From assembly GCA_016839515.1 (NCBI GenBank), contig JAEOUE010000248.1, forward strand, positions 1-30,240: a stretch of DNA of 30,240 nt. Direction: 5' to 3'. Shown in pieces: positions 26,231-30,240 of this stretch (position 1 is its first letter; every line of letters begins with the position of its first letter). A model generated the notes under the pieces. It made no database searches. It saw nothing but the letters and a program-made list of their open reading frames with translations, and was not told the origin of the DNA. The DNA is from Candidatus Hodarchaeum mangrovi. Lineage in GTDB: Archaea > Asgardarchaeota > Heimdallarchaeia > Hodarchaeales > Hodarchaeaceae. The translations under genes were made by a program, and so were the position numbers.

Positions 26231-29020
26231 TTAGACATAACACTTTCCCTTTTTTTGACCCCTTTTTATCCATTTAAGAAAAACAACAACTATTAGTATC
26301 TGTGGGAGCTTAAATCCATCAACAATCTTATCATTATTTATCTCTTCCCCATAAAATAATGCATTGTCAAACTTATTAATGGATGAATTATTAATTAAGG
26401 TTGGAGAATTTGTAGGTGGTGTTCCAACAACCCTGAATCCCCCCGTGGAACCATAAGTTTGCCACCAGACCAATCCACCATTAGAAGCTCTTTTCACTAA
26501 AAAAGCATCATTAAAATAAAAAGGATAACCACCAGTGTTTGCTATACCTGTTGTAACATACTCCCCATTAGATGTTAAGATACTGTCAAAAGAGATTGCT
26601 CCTGATATATGAAGATGTGAATAAGAAACAGGGTAATATGCTTGTTCTTCACATAAACACGTTATATTCCAATAACAAATTCCATCTAAACCTATTTTGG
26701 TAATATTATAATAATTATAAGACCAAATCCATGCGATTATGCCATCATCGATTGGATAAATAGCATCGATGGTTTTCAGGTATCCATCATCCCGATACTC
26801 CTTTTTCCACTGAATGATCCCTTCTGCATTTGTTTTTAGTAAAATTCCTTCGTAGCCATCAGATTTTGCCATGCTACAACACATACCACCAACATAATTA
26901 GTAATCCCTAAAATGAAACCATTATCAGTGGATTCCTTGAAACACACTCTATTGTGTGAGACAAAGTGTGAGTTAAAACCCAATTCTCCATTTGACCAAA
27001 TTGGAACAAAGCCTAAATTCAACTTTTTCCTCCATTGAACAACTCCATACTTATCTGTTTTAAGCAGTTGATTATAAGGAAAGAAAAAGGCAAATCCTCC
27101 ATCATTGGTTTCAATAAAGGAGATTACACGAGTGAGTATGCTTTTACCATAAAAATATTCATCTGTATGATCACCATGAGCATAATATTCATGGATACCT
27201 TGGTCAACAAGAGTAAAATTTGATTGAAGATCGTATGTTTGATACCATTGCATCGTTCCAGAGGCATCGGTCTTGACTAATAATAATTCTCCTGAAGTAT
27301 TATCATTAGAATATGTGACTCCCATTATTGCGAATCCACCATCTATTGTTTCCTCAAGATAGTAACCAAGATCTTTCCCCTCAGTTCCATAAGTATGGTT
27401 CCATTTTAATGATCCTAATGGATCAATTTTAATCAACCACATGTCTGATTGACCATTTCCATAAGATGTTGTCGAGCCTGCGACTACAAAATCTCCATCT
27501 TTGGTTTGAATCATTGCGTTGGCTACTTCATCACCATTTCCTCCATAAACTTGGCTCCATTTCTCAAAACCAAATTCATTTGTTTTAATCAACCACATAT
27601 CTGTTGGTCCCCTTCCATATGAAGAAGTAAGTCCAGCCAATGCGAATCCCTTATCATTTGTTTCAATAACTGTGTTTGTCCATTCAGTATCTCCTATCAT
27701 TGCATAATATTTTTGACTCCACATGATTTCCCCTTCAATATCCAGCTTCGTAATTGAAGCTGTTTCAGAATATGATGCGATAGCATAACCTTGATCATGT
27801 GTTTGAACAAGAGAAACTACTTTATCATCTATCCCCATGTTTCCAAAAGTTTTTTTCCAAAATATATTATTATGACATAATTTAATGACGGTGATATCAT
27901 TTGATGAATTATTTTCATCCAAAATATTCAAGGTCGTTCCAGCAATCACAAAACAGTCTTCTGAAGTCTGAATTGGAGCTGTGATATCCACTAATGATAG
28001 ATCTTCTTTCCATTCTAATTTTCCCAAACTATCGGTTTTAATTAACCAAGATTGTACAGATTCACTTGTTTTTTCTAAATATCTATCTAATTCAGTAGTT
28101 ATAGCAAAACCTTTGTCCGATGTTTGAATAATATGACATCCTTGAATCCATTTATTCTGAACCAGTTCGAAATGATTATCCCATAGGGAATCACCGTACT
28201 TATCTAGCTTTATCAGCCAAATATCTGTTGAACTGGGGAATTCTTGCGGAGTCAGAGTAATTTGGACGTCTAGTCCAGTTAAAATATATCCATTATCTGC
28301 AGTTTGTATAATATCCGTAAGACCTGGATAATCATACTTATTCTTATTTATAAATTCCTTCTGCCATTGAATAATACCACTTTTATCAATTTTCAAAACA
28401 ATTTGTTTAGTTCTATAAGAAGTAATATCATAATTCTTATCCTTTAATAGAAAAACAAAACCACCGTCAATGGTTTGTAATAATTTACTCAGTTCTATAT
28501 CCCAAAAATTCCTAGGGGGATTTCTGAAACTATAAGATTGATTCCATTCTATATTTTGCTTGAAATCCATTTTGATTATTCTTAAATTTTCATAAAGAAT
28601 ATATGCAAAGATAAATCCTCCATCATTTGTCTGAATAAGTTTGGGATCTCTAATTCTATAATCCACATTCAATTCGTGACTCCACTGTATCATTCCTGAT
28701 TTATTTGTTTTTACTAGAACAATTTGACCAGCTCTTAGAATGAACGCAAATCCTCCATCGTTTGTGTGAATTAGATTCAAAAGTTCTAGATCAAGTGAAG
28801 GAAGAAACTCGGATTTTTTATAAAATGAAGGTTTAAATGTTGGTAGGGGTGTATTTCGTCCAGGGATAAAGGGGATTAACAAAAAAATAAAGACGATTAA
28901 AACAAACAATGGTCCTTTAAAATTTCTAGGTAATTGTTGTTGTCTCTTGGGTTCTCTCAGACATACTGGTTGTAATTTTTTGTCTCTTAGAAGATTTCTA
29001 CGAGGCCAGATGGTTGTCAT
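26231..29020 (-). CDS. large membrane-anchored repeat protein (multiple beta-propeller-type T.DGG / WLIK.D..G...W repeats)
   Basis: Many repeats of (Q/E)T.DGGF...G.T.S.G....D.WLIK.D..G...W. N-terminal TM, C-terminal DGF + hydrophobic + basic tail. ATGA overlap with the upstream gene. Confidence 0.85.
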   Translation of the reverse strand: MTTIWPRRNLLRDKKLQPVCLREPKRQQQLPRNFKGPLFVLIVFIFLLIPFIPGRNTPLPTFKPSFYKKSEFLPSLDLELLNLIHTNDGGFAFILRAGQIVLVKTNKSGMIQWSHELNVDYRIRDPKLIQTNDGGFIFAYILYENLRIIKMDFKQNIEWNQSYSFRNPPRNFWDIELSKLLQTIDGGFVFLLKDKNYDITSYRTKQIVLKIDKSGIIQWQKEFINKNKYDYPGLTDIIQTADNGYILTGLDVQITLTPQEFPSSTDIWLIKLDKYGDSLWDNHFELVQNKWIQGCHIIQTSDKGFAITTELDRYLEKTSESVQSWLIKTDSLGKLEWKEDLSLVDITAPIQTSEDCFVIAGTTLNILDENNSSNDITVIKLCHNNIFWKKTFGNMGIDDKVVSLVQTHDQGYAIASYSETASITKLDIEGEIMWSQKYYAMIGDTEWTNTVIETNDKGFALAGLTSSYGRGPTDMWLIKTNEFGFEKWSQVYGGNGDEVANAMIQTKDGDFVVAGSTTSYGNGQSDMWLIKIDPLGSLKWNHTYGTEGKDLGYYLEETIDGGFAIMGVTYSNDNTSGELLLVKTDASGTMQWYQTYDLQSNFTLVDQGIHEYYAHGDHTDEYFYGKSILTRVISFIETNDGGFAFFFPYNQLLKTDKYGVVQWRKKLNLGFVPIWSNGELGFNSHFVSHNRVCFKESTDNGFILGITNYVGGMCCSMAKSDGYEGILLKTNAEGIIQWKKEYRDDGYLKTIDAIYPIDDGIIAWIWSYNYYNITKIGLDGICYWNITCLCEEQAYYPVSYSHLHISGAISFDSILTSNGEYVTTGIANTGGYPFYFNDAFLVKRASNGGLVWWQTYGSTGGFRVVGTPPTNSPTLINNSSINKFDNALFYGEEINNDKIVDGFKLPQILIVVVFLKWIKRGQKKGKCYV

Positions 29021-29496
29021 TTCGCTAACTCCTCCAATTTTTGAAAAAGTTGTTCTCCTAAGGTCGTTGGTTGTAAGTGAGGATTCTCAAGTTTTATATT
29101 TCGTTCTTTGAACTCTTTTAATAAGATGGTACGACAATGTATTAATTCATCACAGGTTACACAGTCACCTTTGTGTTCATACCAAACTTGAACACCATTT
29201 TCGGGGGAAAAAGTGATATAGGCTGTAAGATTGAATATATGACTTTCCCCTTTAGCAAAACCCAGTTCTGCACTGATTAATTCAAGAGTAATTTTATTGG
29301 TTTTAGCAGTACTCTCAAGAAGTGACTTAATCCTTTTATTTGCCTCTTTAAGGGTCTTACTAATGAATGCAGGTGTGACATCCCTCTGTTTGGCAATTTT
29401 TCGTCCTGAAATTTCATTTCGTTTAAGAAACCAAATCTCAACTTGTGTTTTTGTTGGATATTTTATCTGATAATATTTACCAATATTGGTTACCAT
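29017..29496 (-). CDS. archaeal HTH DNA-binding protein with C-terminal His/Cys metal-binding motif
   Basis: T.TQ.EIW.LKR...SGRKIAKQRDVTPAFISKTLKEAN (sigma-r4/LuxR-like HTH) and VWYEHKGDCVTCDELIHC. Confidence 0.75.
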   Translation of the reverse strand: MVTNIGKYYQIKYPTKTQVEIWFLKRNEISGRKIAKQRDVTPAFISKTLKEANKRIKSLLESTAKTNKITLELISAELGFAKGESHIFNLTAYITFSPENGVQVWYEHKGDCVTCDELIHCRTILLKEFKERNIKLENPHLQPTTLGEQLFQKLEELAK

Positions 29497-29528
29497 GGTA
29501 ACTTTTTTTGGTTAACCCCTTATAAAAA
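29477..29528 (-). promoter_or_regulatory. leaderless promoter with clustered palindromes over the start codon
   Basis: Minus-strand GAAAAAGTTTTTATAAG ends about 23 nt before ATG 29496. Perfect palindromes GTTACCATGGTAAC (29489-29502), ACCAATATTGGT (29479-29490) and GGTTAACC (29510-29517). Confidence 0.6.
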
Positions 29529-30053
29529 CTTTTCTATCAAAAATAATAGTTTATTAGAATTCCATAATATTTTTGATTTAAATTCATAAATGAGACATTG
29601 AATTCTGAAATTTTTGCAGGTTTACTAATATCTTTTAGGTTTTTAATTCCCTTGGTTGTTCCAATTATCCTTTTTCTCAAAAGTAACAAATCTTCGAGGC
29701 TATTTATCTTCAAAAAGAGAAAATCAATCGATTCTTATCATTTTATTATTGATAACCACTTTTTTTTCTATTTCATTCTTGTTTGTTACTTTATTGCATG
29801 TAAAATCACTATCTTTTTCTCTTCTATAACTTTAGAATTTTATTTTGATTTTTTAGAATTACATTAATGATATTCATATCAATTCCACACGGACCAAGAA
29901 GTTTAAGGTGAAATTTATTTTAGAAAAGATAAATTAGAAAATTAGGAACATTTTAATTACAAGCTGAATGTCAATTGTTTTATGATGCATAAATACAAAT
30001 AATGAATCAGTTAATGTATTCAAAGGAGACTCAATAATATTAGATTTCAAAGA

Positions 30054-30240
30054 TTAATTTGGGCTCATTTTAGTTGTTTTAAGAGTTTCAATTACTTGCT
30101 CGAGGAATTTGATTATTATATCCTCATATTCTACATTTTGATATTCATAATTCCAATGTTTCCAATAAGGGCGTTTATGGGCGACTTTAAATTTTATCCC
30201 TTTCATTTCTGTCTCATAACAATTTGCATTGACTTTTGTA
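30054..30240 (-). CDS. hypothetical protein (3' part; runs off the window end)
   Basis: Not in the ORF track. Open frame TKVNANCYETEMKGIKFKVAHKRPYWKHWNYEYQNVEYEDIIIKFLEQVIETLKTTKMSPN*, with stop at 30054-30056 and protein-like composition. Confidence 0.65.
   Translation of the reverse strand, partial: TKVNANCYETEMKGIKFKVAHKRPYWKHWNYEYQNVEYEDIIIKFLEQVIETLKTTKMSPN

Noticed and set aside
1639-27223. Short or antisense ORFs in the track nested in real genes (1639, 3569, 6994, 7704, 8702, 11887, 13071, 15377, 15797, 16151, 16803, 17543, 18757, 19174, 19654, 21511, 22841, 23597, 25624, 27035)
   Set aside because: All overlap well-supported genes on the opposite strand or in another frame and show no motifs; they are shadow ORFs.
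24872-29020. DNA-level repeats such as TCATATGCCCA and AATCAACCACAT as a possible CRISPR or tandem array
   Set aside because: They are codon echoes of in-frame Kelch and propeller protein repeats; there is no repeat-spacer structure and no cas gene.
29598-29867. 89-aa Phe/Ile-rich ORF
   Set aside because: TTG start and low-complexity composition expected from T-rich intergenic DNA; no support as a gene.

Overview
AT-rich 30.2 kb window of ordinary gene density with no rRNA, tRNA, CRISPR array or transposase that I can see. BRE/TATA-like promoters, T-tract terminators, GGTGA-type ribosome-binding sites, archaeal wHTH regulators, a TIGR04076-type protein and PGF-like C-terminal anchors point to an archaeon, most plausibly Asgard (Heimdallarchaeia/Hodarchaeales-like); the taxonomy is inference only. 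Genes in order: partial LysE exporter, wHTH regulator with two small genes, CatA-like acetyltransferase, SAM methyltransferase, TIGR04076 protein, MBL hydrolase, NMO/FabK-like flavoprotein divergent from a ThDP enzyme, Zn-dehydrogenase, ArsR-type regulator, a complete opp/dpp-type peptide ABC operon ending in an M24 peptidase, DHA2 MFS transporter, deoxynucleoside kinase, alpha/beta hydrolase, a polytopic membrane protein, a 2-TM protein, two surface beta-propeller proteins, an HTH regulator and a partial hypothetical gene. Most unusual observations: (1) the OppF-type ABC ATPase carries a two-helix hydrophobic hairpin inserted in its helical subdomain, while the OppC permease of the same operon has a CxxC-x6-CxxC loop; (2) a membrane protein resembling eukaryotic choline-transporter-like (CTL/SLC44/Pns1) proteins; (3) an exact 27-bp direct repeat on both sides of the deoxynucleoside kinase gene; (4) two clear palindromic operator candidates. 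All family assignments come from motif recognition by eye; no searches were run.
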